Below, one piece after another: positions 1 through 8,989 of a DNA stretch of 32,650 bases. The notes below the pieces were generated by a model. It saw only the letters and a program-made list of their open reading frames with translations. It was not told where the DNA came from and made no database searches. The stretch's first letter is position 1, and the number at the start of each line of letters is the position of its first letter. Origin of the DNA: a bacterium (lineage in GTDB: Bacteria; UBA6262; WVXT01). The translations under genes and the position numbers were made by a program. The DNA lies in assembly GCA_046759165.1 (NCBI GenBank), contig JBHIBS010000019.1, positions 1 through 32,650 of the forward strand, read 5' to 3'.

Positions 1-11
1 TACAATTAGTG

Positions 12-37
12 TACGGGTTCGATTTATCGAACCCGTA
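12..37. repeat. Perfect palindrome TACGGGTTCGAT-TT-ATCGAACCCGTA (REP-like)
   Basis: 12-bp arms with a 2-nt loop. The core CGATTTATCG recurs at ~7686 and ~21505. Confidence 0.7.
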
Positions 38-161
38 AATTGCTAATGAGCAGTTTCTACCTATAGCCCATGCAAGAAAAATCCCTGGAACAAACGTCAG
101 GGATTATAATTTTTCAAATTCGTCGCTTCAGCGAAAGATTCTCGGTTTCTTCGCTCCCCAG

Positions 162-191
162 AAACAAAAATGCTCTCGCAAAGCGAAAGCA
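162..191 (-). terminator. Probable intrinsic terminator of the mac operon
   Basis: Minus strand TGCTTTCGC-TTT-GCGAGAGCA hairpin (one G.U pair) followed by TTTTTGTTT, 11 nt after the macB stop. Confidence 0.55.
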
Positions 192-202
192 ACACCGAAT
201 AT

Positions 203-2161
203 TTACTCATATCTCAATGCATCAATTGGACTTAATAAGGATGCTTTCCTGGCCGGCCACAGACCAAAGAAAAGTCCTATCCCGACAGAAAAGAGAAAAG
301 CAAGAAGAACTGCACCCACAGAAACTTTTGTTGACCACCCCGCAAATTTTGAAAGTCCGCCAGATATAGCTCCACCAAACAAAATTCCCAATATTCCACC
401 AACAAGACATATCGCTATTGCCTCAATTATGAACTGTGAAAGTATATCCTGATTGTTTGCCCCGATTGCTTTCCTCAGTCCAATTTCCCTTGTTCTTTCC
501 GTTACTGAAATAAGCATAATATTCATAATTCCGATTCCACCAACAAGAAGGCTGATAAAAGCAATGGAGCCAAGAAGCCAGGCAAAGGTCTTTACGGTCG
601 AGGAAACGGCTTCCTGGATTTCAGCCATATTTCTAACTTCAATTGTATCCTCTTTATCAGAAGGAATATTGTGCCTGAGAATAATCAATTTTTTTATCTC
701 CTCCTCCACCTTTTCCATTTCTTTTTCATCTTCAACCTCAACATCAATGTGATCAACATATTTTTTACCCAAAAGACGGTACATTGCCGTATTTAATGGA
801 AGTATAATTTCATCATCTCTATCTCTCCAGCCAGTTGCCCCTTTTTCCGGTAGAGTTCCAATTACTCTAAAGTTTATTCGATTTATTTTTACGTATTCTC
901 CGACTGGATTTTCATCTCCAAAAAGTTCCCTGACAACAGTTTTTCCAAGCAGGGCAACTTTTGAGCGGGTAATCATTTCCACATTGTTGAAAAATCTGCC
1001 CTCGTGGGCTTGAGAGGCCCTGATAAAGGGATATTCCGGCGTTACACCTGTAATTCTTGTATTCCAGTTTTTGTTTCCATAAACGACCTGTGCCCTCCCG
1101 GAAACCGAGGGACTGACTCTTTTCACTAAAGCAATTCTTCTTATTTCGTTTGCATCTTCAATTGTAAGCCTTGTAACGGTTCCAGCCTCAAGTGCAACTC
1201 CCCTCAATCTGTGCCAGGCAGGGCGAACGGTCAAGAGATTTGAACCAAGTGAGGCAAGACGTTTTTTAATATCCTCTCTTGCGCCAGTTCCAAGGGCAAG
1301 CATTGCAATTACTGCTGCAACGCCAATAAGAATCCCTAAAATGGAAAGAAAAGAGCGAGACTTATTGGAAAGGAGAGATCTCACTGCTTGAGAAAAATAG
1401 TTTTTCAGTCGAAAAAAATCAAAGTGGTGAATCTTTAAATCAGATGGAGGCTCACCTCGCTCCTCACCCATGGTGTGAAGTTTACCGGTAAGATATTTGT
1501 CAGAAACAATTTCTCCATCAAGAAGTTTGATTATTCTATTCGCCCCTTTTGTCAGTTCCTCCTCATGAGTTACCATAATTATGGTAATTCCAGAATCATT
1601 TAAACTTTTGAGGATTTTCAAAAGTTCTTGGGCTGAAGAAGAATCGAGATTCCCTGTCGGCTCATCTGCCAGAATTATTCTCGGGTTCTTTATCAAAGCC
1701 CTGGCTATTGCCACCCTCTGCTGTTCTCCTCCTGAAAGTTCATTTGGATTATGATCTATCCTGTCCCCTAATCCCACTGTTATCAATAAATCTTCAGGTG
1801 AAGAAAACTTTCTATTCTTTAGGTCCGAAGTATACACCAGTGGAAGAGAAACATTTTCTCTTGCCTTGAGTCTTGGAAGAAGATTAAACATTTGAAATAT
1901 AAAACCGATAGCCTCATTACGGAAGGTGGCAAGCTCTTCCTGAGGGAGTGTGGAGACGTCTTTTCCAAATAAATGGTAAGACCCATGTTCCGGTCTATCA
2001 AGAAGGCCAAGAATATGAAGAAGTGTTGATTTCCCGCTTCCAGAGGGTCCCATTATGGCAACAAATTCACCAGAAGAAATTTTAAGTGAAATATCCTTTA
2101 AGGCAGGGACATTAACTTCTCCAATATGGTATGTTTTGCTGATGTTTTTTAATTCTATCAT
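203..2161 (-). CDS. macB: MacB-family ABC transporter (fused ATPase + permease)
   Basis: Walker A GPSGSGKS, signature [15 protein letters not shown], Walker [12 protein letters not shown]; FtsX-type C-terminus [28 protein letters not shown]. Confidence 0.95.
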   Translation of the reverse strand: MIELKNISKTYHIGEVNVPALKDISLKISSGEFVAIMGPSGSGKSTLLHILGLLDRPEHGSYHLFGKDVSTLPQEELATFRNEAIGFIFQMFNLLPRLKARENVSLPLVYTSDLKNRKFSSPEDLLITVGLGDRIDHNPNELSGGEQQRVAIARALIKNPRIILADEPTGNLDSSSAQELLKILKSLNDSGITIIMVTHEEELTKGANRIIKLLDGEIVSDKYLTGKLHTMGEERGEPPSDLKIHHFDFFRLKNYFSQAVRSLLSNKSRSFLSILGILIGVAAVIAMLALGTGAREDIKKRLASLGSNLLTVRPAWHRLRGVALEAGTVTRLTIEDANEIRRIALVKRVSPSVSGRAQVVYGNKNWNTRITGVTPEYPFIRASQAHEGRFFNNVEMITRSKVALLGKTVVRELFGDENPVGEYVKINRINFRVIGTLPEKGATGWRDRDDEIILPLNTAMYRLLGKKYVDHIDVEVEDEKEMEKVEEEIKKLIILRHNIPSDKEDTIEVRNMAEIQEAVSSTVKTFAWLLGSIAFISLLVGGIGIMNIMLISVTERTREIGLRKAIGANNQDILSQFIIEAIAICLVGGILGILFGGAISGGLSKFAGWSTKVSVGAVLLAFLFSVGIGLFFGLWPARKASLLSPIDALRYE

Positions 2162-2163
2162 TC

Positions 2164-3102
2164 TTAGCGGGAGCCCCTCATCCCGGGAAGTCCAAAATAT
2201 CTCCTTTTAGATTCTGGCCTTCCCTTTTCACCGGATACAAGAACTAAATTGGATTCTTCTAGACCAGATACTATTTCAACATTTTTTCCATCTTCAATTC
2301 CCGTTTGAACTTCTCTATTTTCAGGCTCTCCAGATTTCGTTTTCAGAAGTACAAATTTCTTGCCTTTTCTTTCCTTGACAGCAAGGGCTGGCAGAAGAAG
2401 AACATCCTCCTTTTTACTTATTGTCACATCAACGTTTGCACTCATTCCCGAGCGAAAAATCCCCAAGGTTTTTTCTGGCAATATATCCACTTGATATATA
2501 GTCACATTATTCACAATCTGAGATTCATAGGCGATATGTTCAATTTTTCCCTCGATATTTTTCTCCGGATAGGCATCAAGGACTATTTTTGCTTTCTGGC
2601 CGGGTTTCAATTTTCCCATGTCTGTTTCATCAACCTGAGCCTGAACGATTAAATTATCAGCCATAACCAGAATCGGGTCTTGGGATGTTACTGTCTGGCC
2701 AGGTTCAACGTTTCTTTTAATAATAAACCCTTTTAACGGCGCGACAATCGGTGTAGGCTTATAAACATCTTCCCATTTTTCCGACTCTTCCTTCCCTTGC
2801 GCCCTTGCCGCATCAAGGAGAGCCGCCCGATCCAGAGAACTCATCCAGGCAAGAATTTCTCCCTTGCCGATCTCTTCGCCTTCTGTAACCAGAACTTCCT
2901 CTACTCTCCCGGAAACTGGTGGTTTAATTTCCAGGCGATTTCTTGGTTTCACCACCCCACTGGCAGAGACAATTAAGGAAATTGAACTACGCTGGGGTCT
3001 TATTTCTGTATAAGGAGTTTCTTTTCTTCTGCCTCTTGAGAGAAAAAACACTCCCACTATCAACGCAATAACAATAATCAATATCCAATTTTTTATGCTC
3101 AT
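2164..3102 (-). CDS. macA: MacA-like periplasmic adaptor (efflux membrane fusion protein)
   Basis: N-terminal TM anchor, lipoyl-like motif VSGRVEEVLVTEGEEIGKGEILA, VDETDMGKLKPGQKA. Start placed at ATG 3102, overlapping the tolC stop (TAATG). Confidence 0.88.
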   Translation of the reverse strand: MSIKNWILIIVIALIVGVFFLSRGRRKETPYTEIRPQRSSISLIVSASGVVKPRNRLEIKPPVSGRVEEVLVTEGEEIGKGEILAWMSSLDRAALLDAARAQGKEESEKWEDVYKPTPIVAPLKGFIIKRNVEPGQTVTSQDPILVMADNLIVQAQVDETDMGKLKPGQKAKIVLDAYPEKNIEGKIEHIAYESQIVNNVTIYQVDILPEKTLGIFRSGMSANVDVTISKKEDVLLLPALAVKERKGKKFVLLKTKSGEPENREVQTGIEDGKNVEIVSGLEESNLVLVSGEKGRPESKRRYFGLPGMRGSR

Positions 3103-4415
3103 TATTCCCCCTCGCCTAAAACTCTCTTCCATTCAGCGCTGGCAACAAACCCACTATATTCAGCATCAAGCAAAGATTTTTTTGAGTTTATAAACTCATT
3201 CTCTATCGCGTCCCAATCCTGATAGGAAATAAGGCCGTTAACATACTTTACCCGGGAAATCTTGGCCCGCTCTTCGGAAGCTATGAAATATTTTTCTCTA
3301 ACTTTCACATTCTCCACGGCATCGATAAGTCCGTTATATGCTTGTTCAAGTCCCGATAAGATTTCTTGCCTTACCTCCCGGAGATTCTCTTCTGATTTGA
3401 CTCTATTAATCTGGGCAATTTTCCAATCATATATTGTCTTTCCTCCGGAAAAAAATGGATAAGAAAGACTCAGGCCAACATTCCACCGCCCTCTTTCCAG
3501 AGGCCATTCAGCGCCACTCCTCGAGGTACTTCCACTGAAGGAAACCTGGGGATAAAAGTCTCCTCGTGTATATCTCAAATTATGTTTTGCTGAATCAACT
3601 CCATATCTTGCTGCTAAATAATCAGGACTTTTTACCAGCAATTCCTGAAATGACAAGATTCCTTCTGGAGGGACCGCCTTGAGTGTTCCGCTCACAGCAA
3701 TAACTTCAAAATCATCTCTTCCCATTTCTTTTAAAAGTTTCATCTGTTGAGTCTTTAGATTTCGCCTCGCACAAGATGACTCATACTCTGCCTGATACAG
3801 ATCCGCCTCAGAACGCAAATATGCGCCTTTATCTTCCCTCCCGGCTTCATACCTCAATTTTACCAATTCTGTATTTTCTCTTCTCCTTTTCAGTATCTCC
3901 TCAGAAAGTGAAATGGTCTTTTGAGCACTTAAAACTTGAGCAAAAGCAACCTTCAAATTATATATTGTGTCCGAAACAGTCCTTTTAAATTCTGCCTCTT
4001 CTCGTTCAAGCTCTGCTCTTTCCTTTTTTAACTTACTCGAATTCTTAAAACCAGAAAATATGGAAAGTTTTCCAGAAATTCCATAATTAAATTCTTCATC
4101 TTCTCTTCCGCCCTCAGCAAACGATTCAAAACTCGTTATAGAACTTGATTTCTTCCAGCCTGCACTTGCAGAAATCTGTGGTAAAAAATTTGTAAACGAA
4201 CTTCTATAGGAAAGACTTGCGGATTTAACAGATTGGCGGGCAGAGATTATGCGCGGATTTTTTTCTTTTGCCTCAGCAAGCACATCTTCCCAGACAAGCG
4301 CTTCAGCAAAAACAACGTTTAAATTTACAATAATGACACCTGCCAGTAATAAACCCCCTAGGAAGCCCTGCCATAAATGGCGAGGCATTCTTTTAGAAAT
4401 AATGATTCTCTTCAT
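3102..4415 (-). CDS. tolC: TolC-family outer-membrane efflux protein
   Basis: Signal peptide, two OEP repeats (FLPQISASAG; FYPQVSFSG...LSYPFFSGG), located in the macAB operon. Confidence 0.9.
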   Translation of the reverse strand: MKRIIISKRMPRHLWQGFLGGLLLAGVIIVNLNVVFAEALVWEDVLAEAKEKNPRIISARQSVKSASLSYRSSFTNFLPQISASAGWKKSSSITSFESFAEGGREDEEFNYGISGKLSIFSGFKNSSKLKKERAELEREEAEFKRTVSDTIYNLKVAFAQVLSAQKTISLSEEILKRRRENTELVKLRYEAGREDKGAYLRSEADLYQAEYESSCARRNLKTQQMKLLKEMGRDDFEVIAVSGTLKAVPPEGILSFQELLVKSPDYLAARYGVDSAKHNLRYTRGDFYPQVSFSGSTSRSGAEWPLERGRWNVGLSLSYPFFSGGKTIYDWKIAQINRVKSEENLREVRQEILSGLEQAYNGLIDAVENVKVREKYFIASEERAKISRVKYVNGLISYQDWDAIENEFINSKKSLLDAEYSGFVASAEWKRVLGEGE

Positions 4416-4822
4416 TCTTCTCTCTTTTTATGGTGTTCCTTAATTCTCTTTTTCCTTCTTTCCCTAAATTCTTCTTTAAGCTTTTTAAATTTTTCTAATT
4501 GCTCGGCTGTGAGTAATTTTTCAATCTGGCTATCAGTCTCTCTCCTAACAGCCATGACCCTTTCCCTCATTTTTCTCATTTCCTCCCTGATTTTTTCCCA
4601 ACCCTCTTTCATAGTTTCAGAGATTTTTTCTTCCTGCTCTTTAGACAGCTCCAACTCTTCGGATAACCTATCTAGACGTTTCTGATGAAATTTTTCTCTC
4701 CTTTGTTCTACCATTTTCATCTTTTCGTTACTCATCAATTCTTCACCGGTTTCTGCACCTAGTTGATTAAATAAGGGGAAGAATAAACTCGCTATTAACA
4801 AACTTCTCAAGATGATTTTCAT
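4412..4822 (-). CDS. Spy/CpxP-like periplasmic helical protein
   Basis: Signal peptide from MKIILRSLL (AGGAGG RBS upstream); LTxxQ-type motifs ELELSKEQ and LLTAEQ. Confidence 0.7.
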   Translation of the reverse strand: MKIILRSLLIASLFFPLFNQLGAETGEELMSNEKMKMVEQRREKFHQKRLDRLSEELELSKEQEEKISETMKEGWEKIREEMRKMRERVMAVRRETDSQIEKLLTAEQLEKFKKLKEEFRERRKKRIKEHHKKREE

Positions 4823-4841
4823 CTCTTTTACCTCCTTTCGT

Positions 4842-5276
4842 CTATCCAAAAGGACCGTAATAGATTTCCAGTAATTCTTCTTCAAAACTTTCTTCTGACT
4901 GCACGTCAATCAGTAAATCCGATATTATCTCGCTTGGTCTGTGATAAAAAAGCTTTTTATAATTTATCCATCCCACTATTAGTAAAAAGAAAATTAAAAC
5001 TACGAGAATTGATTTCTTAAACACTGCAAAATATGCTTGCGGTATCCGTTGCTTTCCTTCATTTTTAATGCGTGCAAACAATCTGGTTTCAAAGAATTTT
5101 TCAGGTTCTTTCTTTTCCTTTAAAAGAAATATCCCTTTTATCTGTTTCAAATATTCCAATTCTCTGGTACAACCAGCGCAGGTCTTGAGATGATTAAGTA
5201 ATTTTTTCTCTTCATCCTTTGTTATTTCCTGGTCAACATAGGCAGGTATCAATATTTTGAATTTCTTACAGGACAT
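4842..5276 (-). CDS. Zinc-finger (HxxxCxxC) transmembrane anti-sigma factor
   Basis: MSC...HLKTCAGC motif, single TM helix, directly after an ECF sigma gene. Confidence 0.85.
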   Translation of the reverse strand: MSCKKFKILIPAYVDQEITKDEEKKLLNHLKTCAGCTRELEYLKQIKGIFLLKEKKEPEKFFETRLFARIKNEGKQRIPQAYFAVFKKSILVVLIFFLLIVGWINYKKLFYHRPSEIISDLLIDVQSEESFEEELLEIYYGPFG

Positions 5277-5279
5277 AGC

Positions 5280-5858
5280 TCATTCCCCCTCTGGATAGAG
5301 AAAAGCCAATTTCTCCTTCAGTTTTTGCCGGGCCCTAAATAACCATATCTTCACTTTAGTAAGAGAAATCTTCATTACTTGAGAAATTTCTTTATAAGAC
5401 AGCCTATCTATTTCTTTCAAAGTTAAAATAATACGGTCCTTTTCTGGCAAAGAATTCATTGCTTTCTGGACAATATCCTCTAATTCTTTTTTTCTCAACT
5501 CTTCAGTAATATCTCCTTCCTTACTTACCAAAACATCTTTCAACTTTAGTTTCTCTTCCTGGTTAAATTCTGTTTCATAAGATATAATTCTATTTTTTCT
5601 GTTCCTGAGTTTATCAAGACACCTGTTAATTGTAATTCTATAAAGCCAGGTGGAAAAAGAGGATTCCCCTTTAAAACTACCTGCCTTAGTATAAACTTTG
5701 AGGAAAACTTCCTGAGCAATATCATCTGCTTCTTGGGGATTACCCATAATGGAATAAATTGTATTAAAAACAGTCATTTTATACTTCCTGACCAGCAATT
5801 CAAATGCTTGCTGGTCGCCTTTTTTAACCTTGGCAAGAAGTTCAAAATCTTCTTCCAT
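5280..5858 (-). CDS. ECF-type RNA polymerase sigma-70 factor
   Basis: Region 2 ADDIAQEVFLKVY...FSTWLYRITINRCLD; region 4 LSYKEISQVMKISLTKVKIWLFRARQKL. Confidence 0.95.
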   Translation of the reverse strand: MEEDFELLAKVKKGDQQAFELLVRKYKMTVFNTIYSIMGNPQEADDIAQEVFLKVYTKAGSFKGESSFSTWLYRITINRCLDKLRNRKNRIISYETEFNQEEKLKLKDVLVSKEGDITEELRKKELEDIVQKAMNSLPEKDRIILTLKEIDRLSYKEISQVMKISLTKVKIWLFRARQKLKEKLAFLYPEGE

Positions 5859-5888
5859 TGAGTTTGCACCTTTTTACACCTCTACTAT

Positions 5889-5918
5889 TTAGACGATAGA
5901 GGCGAATGAAATGTTACA
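5889..5918 (-). promoter_or_regulatory. Putative ECF autoregulatory promoter TGTAAC-N17-CGTCTAA
   Basis: AAC-containing -35 and CGT-containing -10, typical of ECF promoters, 30 nt upstream of the sigma start. Confidence 0.6.
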
Positions 5919-6009
5919 CTTCCCTGTATTCTTTTATAGCAAAAAGCACAGGGAGATGCTTGAAGCACAGGGGGATGCTTGTGCTCAAATGGAATATAAA
6001 CTTTCGCAG

Positions 6010-6166
6010 GATTTAGGGACTGGCGGGCAGAAATTATCCGTTGGTTTTTCTTTTTTGCCTCTGAAAGAACCTCTTCCCAGGTAAGTCGCTGGGCTAAAAG
6101 ATAACTTGAACTTCCAATAATCACAAATAAAAAGATAACTCCTTCATCAAATATTTGAACAGTCAA
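6010..6166 (-). pseudogene. 5' remnant of a second TolC-like gene
   Basis: A hydrophobic leader then LTWEEVLSEAKKKNQRIISARQSL, matching LVWEDVLAEAKEKNPRIISARQSV of the TolC at 4231-4293; homology then stops. Confidence 0.75.
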
Positions 6167-6224
6167 AAATTATCTTGCAAAAGTCGAGTAATTATCGTTG
6201 TCCGCAATCCTTCAGGCCTGGGGC

Positions 6225-6394
6225 GCTCTAGCGTCTTTTGCCCCTCGCTAAAATGCCCCGATTTATTCATCGGGACAGCGACCCTTCGCTCTTCCTCGGA
6301 TGACCTCGGCGTTCGTATCCGGGGCACTCACCGTCTCGCGCCCGTCGCTATCTTGGAGCTCCTTATTCGTCGCTCCAGCGACCCTTCAAATCCC
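6225..6394 (-). repeat. Structured element 3' of tRNA-Glu, related to the tRNA-Gln-linked repeats
   Basis: Contains CTCTTCCTCGGATGACCTCGGCG (6289-6311, identical at 27471 and 27610), GACCCTTCGCT (also at 27321) and TTCAAATCCC (6385-6394), an inverted copy of the tRNA T-arm. Confidence 0.7.
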
Positions 6395-6412
6395 TTTCTT
6401 ATGCATAATTCG

Positions 6413-6488
6413 TAGCGCCAACGGGATTTGAACCCGTGATCTCTGCCTTGAGAGGGCAGCGTCCTAAACCAGACTAGACGATGGCGCC
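6413..6488 (-). tRNA. tRNA-Glu (anticodon CTC), CCA not encoded
   Basis: GGCGCCA...TGGCGCT acceptor stem, anticodon arm CTGCC-CTCTCAA-GGCAG, T-arm GGGTTCAAATCCC. Confidence 0.96.
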
Positions 6489-6514
6489 ATTGACCACAAC
6501 CGTAAATTCCTACA

Positions 6515-7549
6515 TCACTGAGATTCTTCGGGAATCTCTGGAGGTTTCTCTTCTCCTACGCTTAGTAATTTCTCTCCCAGCCTATCGAGTTTCTTCTCAG
6601 CTTCCTCGTATTTCGCTCTACTACTGGAAAGGTGTTTACCCAATACCTCAAAATCTTCCCTGAACTTTACTAAGTCTCCATGGAGGCGAGTCAGATTACC
6701 CAAAATCTCTTCCGCAGCTTTCTCAATTCTCAATCCTTTAAGTCCCAGTACTAAAGCCTGCAAATAGGCGTAGAAGCTGTTGGGCGAGACTGGAATCACT
6801 TTCTTTGAAAGCGCGTAAGAACAGATCCCTTTCCCTTCACAGAGAGGCTCATCCTTAATTATCGTCTCATAATATACATTTTCAGCGGGAATGTAGAGGA
6901 GTGCAAAATCGAAAGTATCCTCATCCGGTAAAATGTACTTATCCGAAACATCGTCAATATGTTTTTTGACATCTCTGACAAACTCCTTGCGACTTCTCTG
7001 CCTTTCCTCTTCACCACTGCTTTCTAACATTTTTTTGAAGTTCTCCAGTGGAAACTTGGAATCTATTGGAACAAGCCGATTCCCCAGGCGAATAACCGCG
7101 TCTACAATTTCGCCATTTTTGAATTTGTGCTTGAGGCTGAAATGTTCTTGTGGCAGAATCTGGCCTAAGAGATTTGCCAGCAGGAATTCACCCACTTCAC
7201 CACGAAAGGTAGGTGCCCTCAGAAGCTCCTGAAGGCTGGATATATCTTTCCCTACTTCATAAATTCTCCTGTTCGCCTCCTCCATTCTCCCCAGGCTCTC
7301 CTTTACAGAAGTGACAACCTCGGTAGTATTGACGAGCCTTTCACTTACTTGGCTGGTAACAGCGTTTAACTGGTTTGTCAGCTGAGTCGTTAGGTTTGCT
7401 ATCCGCTGTTCCATTACCAGAAGCGCCTGCTCACTTCCTCTCCTTTCCTCCAAATCCCTAATTCTCCTTCTTGTATTCATGGCCATCCAGAGTATAAGAA
7501 TAACAAGAACCCCCACTGCTCCAAGTATCGCCCATATGCTCAATCCCAT
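6515..7549 (-). CDS. rmuC: DNA recombination protein RmuC
   Basis: N-terminal TM and coiled coil, RGEVGE, VPIDSKFPLE, KYILP.E.TFDFALLYIPAE, VSPNS. Confidence 0.93.
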   Translation of the reverse strand: MGLSIWAILGAVGVLVILILWMAMNTRRRIRDLEERRGSEQALLVMEQRIANLTTQLTNQLNAVTSQVSERLVNTTEVVTSVKESLGRMEEANRRIYEVGKDISSLQELLRAPTFRGEVGEFLLANLLGQILPQEHFSLKHKFKNGEIVDAVIRLGNRLVPIDSKFPLENFKKMLESSGEEERQRSRKEFVRDVKKHIDDVSDKYILPDEDTFDFALLYIPAENVYYETIIKDEPLCEGKGICSYALSKKVIPVSPNSFYAYLQALVLGLKGLRIEKAAEEILGNLTRLHGDLVKFREDFEVLGKHLSSSRAKYEEAEKKLDRLGEKLLSVGEEKPPEIPEESQ

Positions 7550-7567
7550 TAATTTCCCTCCATTTAA

Positions 7568-7592
7568 AGCAGAACCACCGCTCTGCCACTAC
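7568..7592 (-). repeat. GTAG-type REP-like hairpin
   Basis: Minus strand GTAGTG-GCAGAGC-GGTG-GTTCTGC-T. Confidence 0.5.
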
Positions 7593-7593
7593 T

Positions 7594-7783
7594 GAGATTA
7601 AAAGATAGTTTGTGAATAGTTTTTGGAATTCCAGCTAAAAAACGAAGACGACTTATTCTCCTTCAAGCAAAAATTTGTTCGACCCCGATTTATCGGGGGA
7701 GTTTATTTTTGCTCCCTGCAGAGTCCGAAGTTTTTCTGGCGTGAAGAAATTCCTCAGTGATGAACAAACTATCTTTTGATTTC
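7594..7783 (+). ncRNA. Structured ~180-nt repeat element, full copy 1 (candidate ncRNA or non-autonomous mobile element)
   Basis: Terminal IR AAAAGATAGTTTGT/ACAAACTATCTTTT; nested stems GGAATT/AATTCC, AAAAAC/GTTTTT, GAC/GTC, AGCAAAAAT/ATTTTTGCT; cap hairpin CCCCGATTTATCGGGG. Colinear with the copies at 19321 and 21418. Confidence 0.7.
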
Positions 7784-7798
7784 TATTTTTTTCTTTTT

Positions 7799-7828
7799 AT
7801 TATACCAAATTTAAAAACCCGAAAACAA
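7799..7828 (-). promoter_or_regulatory. Putative sigma70 promoter for rmuC (TTGTTT-N18-TATAAT with extended TG)
   Basis: Perfect -10 preceded by TGn in an AT-rich intergenic region. Confidence 0.5.
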
Positions 7829-7835
7829 GGATGAT

Positions 7836-8987
7836 TTACATTGACCTCTTGTATATCTCCTCTATCTCTTTGGTGATGGGACGCCGTGGGTTCAAAGTGA
7901 GGAGACGCTCATTCTTGCTCATGGTCTCGGCAAAACCAGCCAGAGACTCCTCCTTCACTCCTATCTCTTTCAAGCCCCTGGGTATTCCTATATTTTCTGA
8001 AAGCTCTCTTACTGCCACTACACTCAGGTGAGCGGCCTCCTTTTCGGATAGACCTTCTACCCTCTTTCCCATAGCCTCAGCAATGTTTCTATACTTGATA
8101 GGGTTGGCTACGAGATTGAACTCCATTACTTCAGGCATAAGTAGAGCATTTGCCAACCCATGGGGAGCCCCATAGAAGAGGCTAATTGAATAACCCATTC
8201 CATGAATTATTCCAGCGCCTGCGGAACTAATTACCATTCCAGCGAGCATGGACGCAAAGAGCATCTTCTCTCTAATTTTTAGGTTCTCTGGTTGAGAAAT
8301 TGCTCCTGGCAAAGCCTCAGCAATTAGGGCTATCGATTTCAAGGCCAAGATATCACCAACCGGATTTGCCTGCGTCGAGACATATCCTTCAATCGCATGA
8401 CTTAGAGCATCCATTCCTGTATTGGCGGTAAGAGAGGCTGGCATACTCAGGGTTAACAGTGGATCGAGTATGGCAAGTTTAGGGCTAATAAGGGGGCTAC
8501 TGATTATCTGTTTTAACATTTTCTTTCGGTCGGTAATAACTGCATATTTTGTAACTTCACTTCCTGTTCCGGCCGTCGTGGGGATAGCGAAAATTGGAAG
8601 GGCGGGTTCCTTTACCTTATCCGCCCCGAAATAGTTAATAAGTTCACCCTTGTTTGTCATAAGTAGCGCAATTCCCTTTGCTGCATCCATCGGGCTTCCT
8701 CCGCCAAGACCAATCACTACATCCACTCCACATTCTTTAGCAACTTTTGCTCCTTCCTCCACTGTCTCGATACTCGGGTCAGGCTCCACCTTATTAAACA
8801 CTTCTACCCGAAGATTATTTGAAGTGAGCGAATTTATCACCTCCTCCAGGCTACCCGACTTCTTTGACGAGGACTTCCCTGTAACTATCAAAGCCCTCTG
8901 TCCAAATTTCCCAACTTCTTCGCCCACTCTTTTCAAAGTTCCCTCGCCAAAGATAATTCTAGTTGGAGAATAGAAAATGTATTCCAT
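7836..8987 (-). CDS. Iron-containing alcohol dehydrogenase
   Basis: GLGGGSPMDAAK, IPTTAGTGSEVT, GMDALSHAIE, His ligands in HGMG...PHGLANA. Confidence 0.93.
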   Translation of the reverse strand: MEYIFYSPTRIIFGEGTLKRVGEEVGKFGQRALIVTGKSSSKKSGSLEEVINSLTSNNLRVEVFNKVEPDPSIETVEEGAKVAKECGVDVVIGLGGGSPMDAAKGIALLMTNKGELINYFGADKVKEPALPIFAIPTTAGTGSEVTKYAVITDRKKMLKQIISSPLISPKLAILDPLLTLSMPASLTANTGMDALSHAIEGYVSTQANPVGDILALKSIALIAEALPGAISQPENLKIREKMLFASMLAGMVISSAGAGIIHGMGYSISLFYGAPHGLANALLMPEVMEFNLVANPIKYRNIAEAMGKRVEGLSEKEAAHLSVVAVRELSENIGIPRGLKEIGVKEESLAGFAETMSKNERLLTLNPRRPITKEIEEIYKRSM

Positions 8988-8989
8988 GG

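Noticed and set aside
6155-6415. 86-aa plus-strand ORF beside tRNA-Glu
   Set aside because: It spans the structured tRNA-linked element and has no protein-like features.
7594-7783. Known riboswitch, T-box or simple terminator identity for the 180-nt element
   Set aside because: I see no recognisable aptamer or T-box consensus, the downstream genes are unrelated and the fold favours the antisense strand. An Rfam search is still needed.
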